From NCBI GenBank assembly GCA_963850905.1, contig CAWKMU010000003.1, positions 96,001 to 160,000 on the forward strand: a stretch of 64,000 bases of DNA. The letters run 5' to 3'. Numbering within the stretch: position 1 is the stretch's first letter; each line of letters starts with the position of its first letter. The notes beneath the pieces are model-generated. The model had not been told where the DNA came from. It made no database searches and saw only the letters and a list, made by a program, of their open reading frames with translations. Source of the DNA: an uncultured Gemmatimonadales bacterium (GTDB lineage Bacteria; Gemmatimonadota; Gemmatimonadetes; Gemmatimonadales; Gemmatimonadaceae). The position numbers and the translations under genes were made by a program. Shown one piece after another: positions 20,159 to 30,200 of this stretch.

Positions 20159-21410
20159 ATGCCGCCTGAAAGCGATTGCCCGCTGGCTCGCGTGCTCGCG
20201 CATCGGTTGCGCGCGGCTCGTACCGAGCTGACCGCGCGTTGGCTTTCGCGGATCGCCGATCGCGTCAACATCGCGCCTCGTCGGCTGTTTCCGAGCGACG
20301 ATCTATTGGACCACATGCCATTGCTGATCGATGGCATCGCCGATTCGATCGCCGAACCGGCGCATGTCGTGCGCAGCGAGTCCGCGATCATCGACCGGGC
20401 CCGCGAGCTCGGCGCGCTCCGTCATGCGCAGGGTTTCGACGAGTACGAAATCTTGAAGGAGTTCGAGATCTTCGGCGGGATCCTCTTCACGTTCTTTGCG
20501 CGGACTGTCGAGGAAATCGACGAGCCGTGCTCCAAGCGTGAGCTCGCGGCCTGTTGCCATCGCCTATTTCAGGCGATCGCCGTGATCGAGCAGACAACGG
20601 CGGCCCGATTCCATCAGCTCATGCGCGCACGGGTCGCCGAGCGCGAGCAGCGCCTCCGCTTGTTCAACCGCGCACTCAGTCACGAGCTCCGTAATCAGAT
20701 CGGGGCGGCGCTGGGCGCCGGCGAGATCCTCTCGGGAAGCGGAGATGACCACCGACAAGCGTCGGCAACTGGCAGAGATCGTGGTGCGTAACCTGTCAGC
20801 GATGCGCACGATCCTCGACAATTTGCTCGAGCTGACGCGTGTCGGCGAAGCGGATGCTCGGCAGCAGCGCCACGTGTGGCTGCCCGAGGCCGCGCGCGAG
20901 GCGGCACGATCTCTTCGAGAGGCTGCGAGTGCCGCGAGCGTCGAAGTGCGGGTCGCGGCCGACGTGCCGGAGGTCGAGGTCAGCGCCGCGGCTGTCGAGT
21001 TGTGCCTGACGAACCTGGTATCCAACGCCATCAAGTACGCGGATCCGGACAAGGGCGGCCGCTGGGTCGAGATCTCCGGCCAGATGCATCGAGGCCAGGA
21101 CCAGTCGAGCGGTCAGGTCATCGTCGCCGTGCACGACAACGGCCTCGGGGTGCCGCCAGCCGATCGGCCTCACTTGTTCGAGCGGCTGTTCCGCGCCCAG
21201 GCGGAACACTCGGCCCGCATTCGCGGGACCGGCATGGGGCTCAGCATTGTGCGGGAAACGGTGGAGTCGCTTGGCGGCCGCGTCTGGGCCGAATTCCCGC
21301 CCGAAGGGTCGGTATTCGCCTTTACGCTGCCATGCCGGCGCGCCATGGACATGACGGGGGCCGGTGCGGCCAGCCAGCCACGAGCGACCAGTCCCAGCGC
21401 CCATCTGTGA
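20159..21410 (+). CDS. Cytoplasmic sensor histidine kinase with RsbRD_N-like globin domain (frameshift near 20740)
   Basis: ARELGALRHAQGFDEYEILKEF and H-box SHELRN in the first frame; NLVSNAIKY, DNGLG, GTGMGL in the second. Confidence 0.85.
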
Positions 21411-21416
21411 CGACCG

Positions 21417-21530
21417 GCAGAGGCGACGCATTGCGTGGCCCTCGTGCACGGCCCGCACTGACGCCTGACCCGCGGGTGCCCCCACATCACCTCACCCCAG
21501 ACCGGTAGGGGCGACGCATTGCGTCGCCCT
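21417..21530 (+). repeat. Two direct REP copies (degenerate 21417-21442, canonical 21505-21530)
   Basis: gcagaggcgacgcattgcgtggccct and gtaggggcgacgcattgcgtcgccct, both preceded by gaccg. Confidence 0.85.
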
Positions 21531-21609
21531 TCTGCACCGCCCGCAGATACCGCCGACCGGGCCCCGCACCCGCTGCGACATCCGCCCGCGACCGGGGTAT
21601 TGTCCCTGG

Positions 21610-22287
21610 ATGCTTAGACCCCTGTCGCCCCGTGGCGCGCTGCTATCCGTCTCGTTCCTCCTTTTTCCGTCCCCTTCTCTCGGGCGCGCAGCGCCGCCAG
21701 CGCCTGCTACATACACCCTGACCGTCGCGACGCGGGAGCTCGTGAGCACCCTTCGGGACCAGGTCTTCATAGACTCCGGCCGATTTTACCCGTGCCGCAC
21801 GAACGCCGCATGCTCCTCCTGGGGCCACGACATCGCGCTGAGCTCGCCCAGCCTGTCGATCCAAGGCCCGCGACTCGTCTTCTCGGTGCACCTCGTTGGC
21901 ACGTATGGAATGAGCCAGTTCTTCGCGGCAACGATTACCGGCGATCTGATCATCTCCGGCGTGCCAACGGCTCGCGGCAATCACGTGGTGATGACGGAGA
22001 CGTCGGCAGCGGCGGGTGAATCCAGCGATGTCGCCTTCCGCGCGTTCCTGGAGGCTATGCACCCGCGCATCGAGGCGATGATCGATCAGTCCCCAGGATT
22101 AGATCTCGCGCAGTACCTCGCCTCCGCGGCCTCTGACCAGCGGCTCCCGCCGCCGCGGCTCCCCAACGTCAGCTGTGTCGACCCGTCCCAGATCAAGCTG
22201 CAGTCCGTCTCGACAATGCCTACCGCCAGCGCGTTGACGGCGACGGTCTCAGTCAGCCCGCCGCCGCCGGGGAAGTGCGGGGGCTGA
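21610..22287 (+). CDS. Hypothetical exported protein
   Basis: Signal-peptide-like N-terminus, beta-rich body, four Cys; TATTGT lies 6 nt before the ATG. Confidence 0.65.
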   Translation: MLRPLSPRGALLSVSFLLFPSPSLGRAAPPAPATYTLTVATRELVSTLRDQVFIDSGRFYPCRTNAACSSWGHDIALSSPSLSIQGPRLVFSVHLVGTYGMSQFFAATITGDLIISGVPTARGNHVVMTETSAAAGESSDVAFRAFLEAMHPRIEAMIDQSPGLDLAQYLASAASDQRLPPPRLPNVSCVDPSQIKLQSVSTMPTASALTATVSVSPPPPGKCGG

Positions 22288-22340
22288 ACCGCGGGGTTGG
22301 GGTCGGCTGCCTGGAAACAACAACCGCGACCGACAACAGT

Positions 22341-22480
22341 GGGCGGGCTGAAGCCCGCCCCTACATGTTGCGGGCGGCGTCACACCGGCATTCGTCGACC
22401 AGCCATCGCCCGACTCGGTAGAGTACCCGGTCACCACGGCCCCCCCGCCGACATGTAGGGGCGGCCTTCAGGCCGCCCCT
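22341..22480. repeat. Inverted REP pair (REPIN-like), second REP family
   Basis: gggcgggctgaagcccgcccctacatgt ... acatgtaggggcggccttcaggccgccc. Confidence 0.88.
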
Positions 22481-22606
22481 TTTCGCGGTTGCCGCCGCGG
22501 TGTCACTGCCTGCGTGGTGTCGGTGCCGGCGTGGATTCGTTGCGGTTGCAGTGTCGCCGCGATTGTTGACCCCTGACCCCTAACCCCTGACCCCGCCGTT
22601 CCCCCT

Positions 22607-25600
22607 TCATCCGCACTCCGAGAACCCACACACATGACACTTCACACACCCCTCGGCGAACTCCAGTTGTGATCCGCAGTCGGGACACGTGCCGATGAAC
22701 GACTCCGTCGCATCGGCGTACCGGTCGGGCATCCCTTGGGGCGATGCCGCGCCGTTGGGGCCTGCGGAGCCGGCCGTCGACGGCGGTGTGCTCGCTGCGG
22801 TGACCGGCGCTTCGCGCGGTGGCGGCGCCGCCTTGGCACCAGCGTCGTTCAGGAGGTCCTGCTGCACACCCTGGGTGTGGTCTCGCCACCAGTCCTCGAG
22901 GGCCATACCGATCGCGTCGGGCACCGAGAGGATCTTCTTCGGACCCAGTCCGACGACCCGATCCGATGCGATGCCGCGGAGCTGGCGGTGGATCTCCATG
23001 AGCGGGATGCCCGAGCGCAGCGCGAGCGAGATGAGCCGCCCCATCGCTTCGGCGTCCGCCATCGCCGATCCGCCGGCCTTCCCGAGGTTGATGAAAACCT
23101 CGAATGGCTGCCCGCGATCGTCCTCCGTGATGTTGGCGAACATCGTTCCGAGCGGCGTCTCGTAGCGCGCCGTCGTCCCGCGGAGCTTGTCGGGGCGTGA
23201 CCGCTTGGCTCGGCGCTGCAAGTTCTCCGCTTCCGCTTCGAACAACGCCTTCTTGAGGCGATCGATCTCCGCGTCACGCTCGGCGAGGGTGCCGTGCAGC
23301 TCGGCGATCTCGCGCTTCTCCTCCGCCGGCGCAGCAGTGGGTGCGGCCGCACCGCCCTTCTCACGCTCGGCTTTCGCCTTTTCCGTGGCGCCCGTCGACA
23401 GCACCTGATTGTCGCGCGAGCCGTCGCGGTACACCGTCACACCCTTGCACTTGAGTTGATAGGCCAGCTCGTAGATCGCGCGCACGTCGGCCACGGTCGC
23501 CGTGTGCGCGAAGTTGGTGGTCTTCGAGATCGCGCTGTCGCAGTGCTCCTGGAAGGCGGCCTGCATCCGCATGTGCCATTCGGGCTTGATGGCGTTGGCG
23601 GTCACGAAGACACGCTGCCACCGGGGCGGCACCTCCGGGAAGTCGATCCGTCCCTCTTTCGCGATGCGCTCCATGAGCTGCTCGGAGTACCAGCCCTCGC
23701 TCTTCGCAGCCGCGACGAAGTCCTCGTTCACGTCGGGCATCATCACGCCCGCCTGATTTCGCATGAACGCCACCGCGAACAGCGGCTCGAGACCCGATGA
23801 GCAACCGGCGATGATGGAGATCGTCCCGGTCGGGGCGACCGTGCGTGGTGTTGCAGTTGCGAAGGAGCATGCATCGGGCGGATGCGATCGCCCTGCGGCA
23901 TCACGCGCGCACGTGTCGTCCGGGCCCCAAATCGAACGCGCCCATTCCGGGAACGCACCACGCTCGTGAGCCAACCGTTCGCTTTCGCGCTTCGACTCTT
24001 GATCGAGGAACGCCATCACTTTGCGTCCGAACTCAACACCCTCGGGCGAGTCGTAGGCAATGCCTAGACGAACCAGCGCATCGGCGAACCCCATCACTCC
24101 CAGTCCAATCCGACGAATGCGCTTGGCGAGTGAGTCGATCTCGGCAAGCGGAAATCGATTGACGTCGATCACGTTGTCGAGGAAGTGCGTCGACAGATGG
24201 ATATCTCGGCGGAACGCATCCCAATCCAGCTTCCCATCGCGCACGTAATAACCAACGTTGACACTGCCAAGATTGCAGACGTCGTATGCCAGGATTGGTT
24301 GTTCGCCGCACGGGTTCGTCGCTTCGTAGTTGCCGATATGCGGAACCGGATTGTAGCGATTCGCTTCGTCGATGAAAAAACACCCCGGCTCACCCGTCCG
24401 CCACGCACCGTCGATCATCTTGTCCCAGACCGTGTTCGCATCCAGCTGGCCGACGACAGCGCCCGTGTGCGGGTCCTTGAGATCGTACGGCTTCCCGGCC
24501 TTCACGGCGGCCATGAACGCGTCGGTGACCGCGACGGAGATGTTGAAGTTCGTGATCTGGGTGATGTCTTCCTTGCACGTGATGAAGTCAATGATGTCAG
24601 GGTGATCAACGCGGAGAATGCCCATGTTCGCTCCGCGACGGGTGTTGTGGCTCACGAACCCGTTCGCCACGTACGTGTGACTCCCCGGGACCGAGAGATC
24701 CAGCGTCAGCGACGTCCCTTCCTCGATCGACACGACCTGATCATAGAACTGGTCGTGCGCCAGAAACCACATCAGCGAGCTGCTGCGGATCGCCTCATGT
24801 TTGTCAGCGAGCATCTCGAGCCGAGAGCGCGTGAGATGGCGAGGTGCGGACACGTCGGGCAGGTAGTGCTGGAGATCGCGGTACAGTGCGCGATCAGCGC
24901 CGCGCGAACCGCGCCCGGGCCCCGACCCGCGGCCAGGACCGGCATATGCTAACTCGAGCGCTTCTTCTTGATTGGGGATCACATCGTTTCGCTCCCACGT
25001 GGCGTCGAGTCCCTCCGCGAGGCGCGCGTTTCGTTCCGCATCTAGAAAGCCGATCGTGGTCGCGAACACCTCCATCCCCGCCTGCGTTGCGACACGCAGC
25101 CGATGAAGCGGTCGAGTCCCGTACGCGCCGGTTCGGTGCATCACGACGGACCGACCAGTCGGCACGCCGACGGCCAGCAACAGCTGTTGCACATCATCGA
25201 CGAGCTGCTCCGAGACCGACACGAACGACGGATAGCCGTCCCTGGATATGGTGCCGTCGGCCGTGAACAGGCCCCGCAGAAACCCACGCGCTACCGCGGC
25301 ACCGCTCCGAAAGACGAGACCCGGCACACGCGCGGATGCCGCATGGAGCTTCTCGACGCCGATTTGATTCAACCAGCGGACGAGCGTCGTCGCACAGTAG
25401 AAATAGTTCGTGCTGCCATCGTCGGGCTTCTTCTCCAGCGAGGGCGCAATACCAAACAGCTCGTCACTGGTCCGCAGCGCCCACGCAGCGACGTCGGGCT
25501 GCCGATCGCTGATCGTGAGGATGAGCCGACCAATGCCTCCAGCCGCGCCGTGCGTGAACGTGAAACTCCCATCGCCGATGAGGTACCCGAGGAACTCCCC

Positions 25601-26548
25601 GAACTGCTCCGTAGCCTCCCTCGGGAGGCGTACCGGCTTTGCATTCACGTGCGGCTGGTGATCCAGGGGCGGTAGCGCCGCAGACTCGGGCTCCAGCATG
25701 TGCCCCTTCTGCAGAACCGCCCAGTCGCCGAGCTGTATTTCGTCGACTCGCCGCCACACGTACCGGCCCATTCCGTCGATTACGCGCACGCGATGCTGTG
25801 GCGTGGCGGCAATGTGATAGCCGCTTCGCGTGCGGATGCGGCGGATGGGACCGACCCCGTGATTGTAGAATTCGTCAGATGTCTGCGGCGCCTCATCGGT
25901 AGCAACCACGAGTGGTCGCTCGTGCGTATGCCACGAGTCCGCACTGGCGTCGGCAGGACCCAGCTCGCGAATGGGCACGATCCCACGATTCGTTGAGACC
26001 AGCGTGTCTGGCGCCACGCAGCCACCCTGTTTCACAGCCTCGGTCGATGCGTCGTACAACTTCATAAATGACACGGGGCCGGACGCGACACCGGTCGTCG
26101 AGCGCACCATCGAGCCTTTCGCACGCAAACGCGAGAAGCTGAACCCCGTGCCCCCACCGCTTTGGTGGATCAGTGCCATCGACTTCAGCGTGTCGTAGAT
26201 ACCGTCCTTCCCGTTCGACAGCGCGTCGGCCACGCCGAGGACGAAGCAGGCACTCAACTGCCCGAGCGGCCGCCCCGCGTTCATGAGCGTCGGCGAGTTG
26301 GGCTCGAAGCGACGCTCCGTCATGAGCCGGTAGAACTCCTCGCTCACGCTCTGCACCGCCCCGTCGCTCGCCCCGTACCGCCGATCCGCCTCGGCGATCG
26401 TCGTCGCCACCCGCCAGAACATCGTCTCGGGCGTCTCGGTCGGCTTCCCCCCCGCGTCCTTGACGAGGTATCGCTTCTCGAGGACCGTGCGGGCGTTGGC
26501 CGACAACGGCGCAGGACCGGCGGGCGGAAGGGACTTGGACGACGCCAT
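22607..26548 (-). CDS. nrdJ: Adenosylcobalamin-dependent (class II) ribonucleotide reductase, intein-containing, with C-terminal TSCPD domain and Zn ribbon
   Basis: PNSPTLMNAG, QLSACFV, GGGTG, RRGANM, TNPCGEQP, CNLGS, APTGTIS, SKTTN, TVYRDGSR, CPDCG...CVKCHVCGFSECG. Confidence 0.95.
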   Translation of the reverse strand: MASSKSLPPAGPAPLSANARTVLEKRYLVKDAGGKPTETPETMFWRVATTIAEADRRYGASDGAVQSVSEEFYRLMTERRFEPNSPTLMNAGRPLGQLSACFVLGVADALSNGKDGIYDTLKSMALIHQSGGGTGFSFSRLRAKGSMVRSTTGVASGPVSFMKLYDASTEAVKQGGCVAPDTLVSTNRGIVPIRELGPADASADSWHTHERPLVVATDEAPQTSDEFYNHGVGPIRRIRTRSGYHIAATPQHRVRVIDGMGRYVWRRVDEIQLGDWAVLQKGHMLEPESAALPPLDHQPHVNAKPVRLPREATEQFGEFLGYLIGDGSFTFTHGAAGGIGRLILTISDRQPDVAAWALRTSDELFGIAPSLEKKPDDGSTNYFYCATTLVRWLNQIGVEKLHAASARVPGLVFRSGAAVARGFLRGLFTADGTISRDGYPSFVSVSEQLVDDVQQLLLAVGVPTGRSVVMHRTGAYGTRPLHRLRVATQAGMEVFATTIGFLDAERNARLAEGLDATWERNDVIPNQEEALELAYAGPGRGSGPGRGSRGADRALYRDLQHYLPDVSAPRHLTRSRLEMLADKHEAIRSSSLMWFLAHDQFYDQVVSIEEGTSLTLDLSVPGSHTYVANGFVSHNTRRGANMGILRVDHPDIIDFITCKEDITQITNFNISVAVTDAFMAAVKAGKPYDLKDPHTGAVVGQLDANTVWDKMIDGAWRTGEPGCFFIDEANRYNPVPHIGNYEATNPCGEQPILAYDVCNLGSVNVGYYVRDGKLDWDAFRRDIHLSTHFLDNVIDVNRFPLAEIDSLAKRIRRIGLGVMGFADALVRLGIAYDSPEGVEFGRKVMAFLDQESKRESERLAHERGAFPEWARSIWGPDDTCARDAAGRSHPPDACSFATATPRTVAPTGTISIIAGCSSGLEPLFAVAFMRNQAGVMMPDVNEDFVAAAKSEGWYSEQLMERIAKEGRIDFPEVPPRWQRVFVTANAIKPEWHMRMQAAFQEHCDSAISKTTNFAHTATVADVRAIYELAYQLKCKGVTVYRDGSRDNQVLSTGATEKAKAEREKGGAAAPTAAPAEEKREIAELHGTLAERDAEIDRLKKALFEAEAENLQRRAKRSRPDKLRGTTARYETPLGTMFANITEDDRGQPFEVFINLGKAGGSAMADAEAMGRLISLALRSGIPLMEIHRQLRGIASDRVVGLGPKKILSVPDAIGMALEDWWRDHTQGVQQDLLNDAGAKAAPPPREAPVTAASTPPSTAGSAGPNGAASPQGMPDRYADATESFIGTCPDCGSQLEFAEGCVKCHVCGFSECG
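24644..26020 (-). mobile_element. Intein with LAGLIDADG homing endonuclease (459 aa)
   Basis: Junctions KQGG|CVAPDTLV ... ANGFVSHN|TRRGA; block B ATPQHRV; endonuclease motifs FLGYLIGDGSF and FLRGLFTADGTI. Confidence 0.95.
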
Positions 26549-26768
26549 GACTACGCTCCAAACTCGAGAACGTGAAAGCTAGCCGACTCGGCCATCAGGG
26601 CATTTGGCGCGCGGGACCCTCGAGCCGACCCCGCGCGCCATAGTCCAACCGATCGTAAAATGGAGCGGCATTGTAGCGGGCCTCGTGTATCCGCGCCAGT
26701 AGTCAGCTAAGCCGCTGTACCGCATCCAGTTACATTTTGGATATCACATTGGCGCACAGTTCGGCGTC

Positions 26769-26777
26769 TTATCCACG
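26769..26777 (+). promoter_or_regulatory. Possible DnaA box upstream of nrdJ
   Basis: TTATCCACG, one mismatch to TTATCCACA, in the AT-rich region upstream of nrdJ. Confidence 0.4.
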
Positions 26778-27050
26778 TGACGACTCCGTGGTCCCGCCGT
26801 TACACGCCACGCCCCCTGCACCCGGCCCCAGTCGCGCCGCGCGACCACTCAGTAACGTAATGTGATTTAAGACGTTATATAAGGTTCGCCGCAACAACTC
26901 CGGCCGGGCTCGCCCCACCCAGCCTGCCCCACTCCCGCCCGCCACGCCCCAACCGACGCCAGGCGCTTGCCCGGATTCGCGAGCCCTAAGGTAACAGACT
27001 CTACTATAATATGTAAATGCCGGGATGTTGGACGTTTGAAAGCCGGGCCA

Positions 27051-27200
27051 GGAGGTCAGGCGTCAGGGAACCAAATCGAAAGCCGATCACGGCGCGCTGC
27101 GATCGGCCTTGGACCGGTAGGGGCGACGCATTGCGTCGCCCGCCGTTGTCGTTGCGGTCGTCGTTCCCGTCACCCCCTACCCGTCACCCGTTACCCGTTT
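27051..27200 (+). repeat. Composite REP-containing element, copy 1
   Basis: gtcagggaac..aatcgaa, hairpin, ggaccg, REP (27117-27141), gttgtcgttgcgg..gttccc, heptamer tail. Confidence 0.85.
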
Positions 27201-27209
27201 TTCTAGCGC

Positions 27210-30200
27210 CTAATACGGCAACCCAAACGTCACGTACAAGTCCACCGGCGCCGCGCCATAGTACTGTCGGTTCGCCAACGGCGCCCCCACGCCCAGCCGC
27301 AGGCGATACGGCACGTCGTACTGCAGCGACGTCACGAAGTTGAGCTCCGCCCCGACCGAATGCATCAACCGACGCTGGGCGTCCGGCGCAGCACACACGG
27401 TCGCCAACACGCCGCCCGCGTTGGGACACCACGCCTCGCCGACGTCCGTGAATACCGAGAGCGATGTCGTTCCCAGAAACACCGGCAACAGGTGCCACCC
27501 CCGACCGGCTTCCCACAATGGCGCCCGATATTCCAGTGATCCCTCGAACGCCCGCGTCCCCTGCGCTGACCCGAGTGGATAGCCCCGCACGCTGAACACC
27601 TGCGGCTCATCCCCGACGGTGAAACCCGGCACGATCTGCAGCGTCTGCCCGCTCCGACCACCCGCCGTGAAGGTCGAGATCGCCCCGGGGTTCTCCAGTC
27701 CGATCGCCATTTGCGTCGCGAGCACGTGATGCGCAAATCCCGGCAGCGGCAGCGACTTGTACGCATCGAAAACCCCCACCACGCTGCGCTCGGTCGTCGT
27801 CTCCGCCGCGTCCTGCCAACGGATCCTGCCCGTGCCGCTCAGGGCAATCCCGTCCTCAGGCGAAATCGCGAGGTCCGGCGTCCGCGCGTTGGTCCACGCA
27901 ACCGTACTGAAGACGGACGGAAAGTTCGGACGCGATGCGTAGAAGGGATCGATGTCCGCCAGCAGCCCGCCCGGACTCGTCGAGTAGTTCCGGAACTCCC
28001 AGGCGACCCCAATGGTCCACGACAGATTGGTCCGGAAACGGGGCCGCAGCAGCGTCGCCGCCAGCGATGGCGTGATCGTGCTGTGCGCTAGAAGTCCCAA
28101 CGTCTGACCGTTCGGATTCGCGATCCGATCGTGCGTCCAGAACTCCTCCGCCCCGACGTCGATCACCGGCAGCCCCAGCCCACGGTACTCGTACGCCCCG
28201 GTCCACTCGACCTGCGACGGCTGCCGAAAATCGTACAGCGCCTGCAACGCATACGAGTGCCGCTGCAACACGTCGTTCGCCGACGTATAGACCCCGACCT
28301 GAAAGAATCCTTGGTCGGAATAGTCCGCGACCGGCATCCAGTAGCGCGGAATGAGACCGCTCCACGGCGAGTAGCGCGTCGACGGCATCGTGTCGCGCGT
28401 GACAGGCGGCACGACGACGGAGTCCACCGGGTCCACCTCAGGCGGCACCGCGAATGTATGCGTCGGATCATACGGTGCCACCGCGACGTGATCGCCGTCC
28501 CCCCGCATCGCCACCAACGCCACGTACCGCCCATCGGGCGACACCGCGGGCTCCGAGACGCCCGCACCATAGCCGCCGACCAGCGTGACCGACGAATCGA
28601 CCGCGCGCTCGAGCGATCCTTGGTACAGGTCCGGACGCCCCGCTCGATCCGAGGTGAATAGCACGTATCGTCCATCTGGCGTCCACGCCGGACTCGAAAC
28701 GACCGCGCGCTCGAGCGGGAATGCCCGCACCAGCGCGCCCGTCGTGTCGACGACGACGATGTCCATGTAGCCGCCCCGCTCCCACCGCACCGCCGCGATC
28801 CGCGTCCCGTCCGGGGACCAGTGAGGCTGGTACCACTCCGTGTCGATCGCGAAACGCGTGATCGGCAACCGATTGCGCCCGTTGTGCGACACGAGCGTGA
28901 GCTGCGTCGACGCGCCATGCACCCAGACAGCGACGATGCGCCCATCCGATCGCACATCGGGATTCGCCAGACGCCCCCCGTCGGTCAGCCGCACGTCGTG
29001 CCCGTGTGCGCTCCGATAGAGATCCATGCGCATGTCGTATGGCGATGTGTACTCGAGCTGCGAGTACACCACGCCGTCGGCGGTCGGGACGTTGTAGTTC
29101 ACGCCGTTCCGCCGTCCCACCCGTGCCTCCTCCCCCGTGATGCTGACTTCGTACGCCCCGGGCACTTCGCGCTCGGTATCGGTCCCATAGATCACATGCG
29201 TCGAATCCACCCAACGCGGATACTCCGCGTCGTATCCCTCTCGACTCAAGATCCGCAGCGCCAGCCGATGCGGGTCGGCCAATGTCGCCGCCGCATGCGT
29301 GACGGAATCGCGCCAATGACGCCAGGCATCCTCGAATGACACCCCGAAGACTTGATGCGAGACGTGATCCAGGAGGTACGGGATCGCCTCGCCGCTGCTT
29401 TGCTCGATGAACGCAGGCACCGTCGCGGCCCCGCGTGTCTCGGCCAGATAGTTGAAGAGCAGTGAGCCGTAGACGTAGGGACCATCACCATTGGGCCACT
29501 GCGGCGCGATCAGGCTCACTTGATCGAGCCGCGGCAACGAGCTGTCGGCCGCCGCCGCCTCGGCGATCGTGCGGTGCGCACTGCTATTCAACCGGCCGAA
29601 TCCCGTCAACCGAGACTCGTAATAGACCGCCAGCCCCTCCGTCACCCATGCGGGCGTGTAGAGGTTGGGCATGAACACCGGGTTGCGACCGAAGATGTGT
29701 TGCGCGATTCGCCACCACCCACGCGCCCGATCGAGATGGAACACATGCGTCAGCTCGTGCTGCACCAGCAGCTGGTTCCAATCGCCGTAGTAGCGCAGCC
29801 CCGATGCGTCGACCGGTGGATACGCGTACAGAATGATGCGATTCGTCGGAAAGGGCGTGGTTTGACCATTGGAGTAGTCGACGTTGTCCGCGAGCACGAT
29901 GTCGATCGGGCCGCGCGGCGGCTCGAGCTCCGCCGCCAACAGGCGGTAGGCGCGCTCGGCGTTGGCCGCGGTACGACGCGCCTCGTCCTCGAGGTCCGGA
30001 TTGAAGTGCACGCGGAAGTGCGCCGTGTGGAGCGTGCGCCAATGCGCGCTCGGATCGACCTGCGCATCGAGATGAGCAGCGCCAAGCACCAGCCAGGCCA
30101 GGCTCGCGACGATCAGCCAAGCCCCGGTGATGCACGGGCGGCCAGCGACGAACCGCTCCGGTCGAGCGGCCGCCGTCGCGGCGATTCGCCGCTCGCCACA

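Noticed and set aside
27001..27016. Possible NrdR box (CTACTATAATATGTAA)
   Set aside because: Only a partial match to the NrdR palindrome, single copy, and about 450 bp from the start. It could simply be a TATAAT -10 element.
26549..27050. Cobalamin riboswitch upstream of nrdJ
   Set aside because: No recognisable B12 box or conserved core found by eye. An Rfam scan would be needed.
26967..27206. Small ORFs sharing the peptide GLGPVGATHCVARR (also at 38018 and in the FtcD tail)
   Set aside because: This is a translation of the REP-containing repeat, not a protein family.
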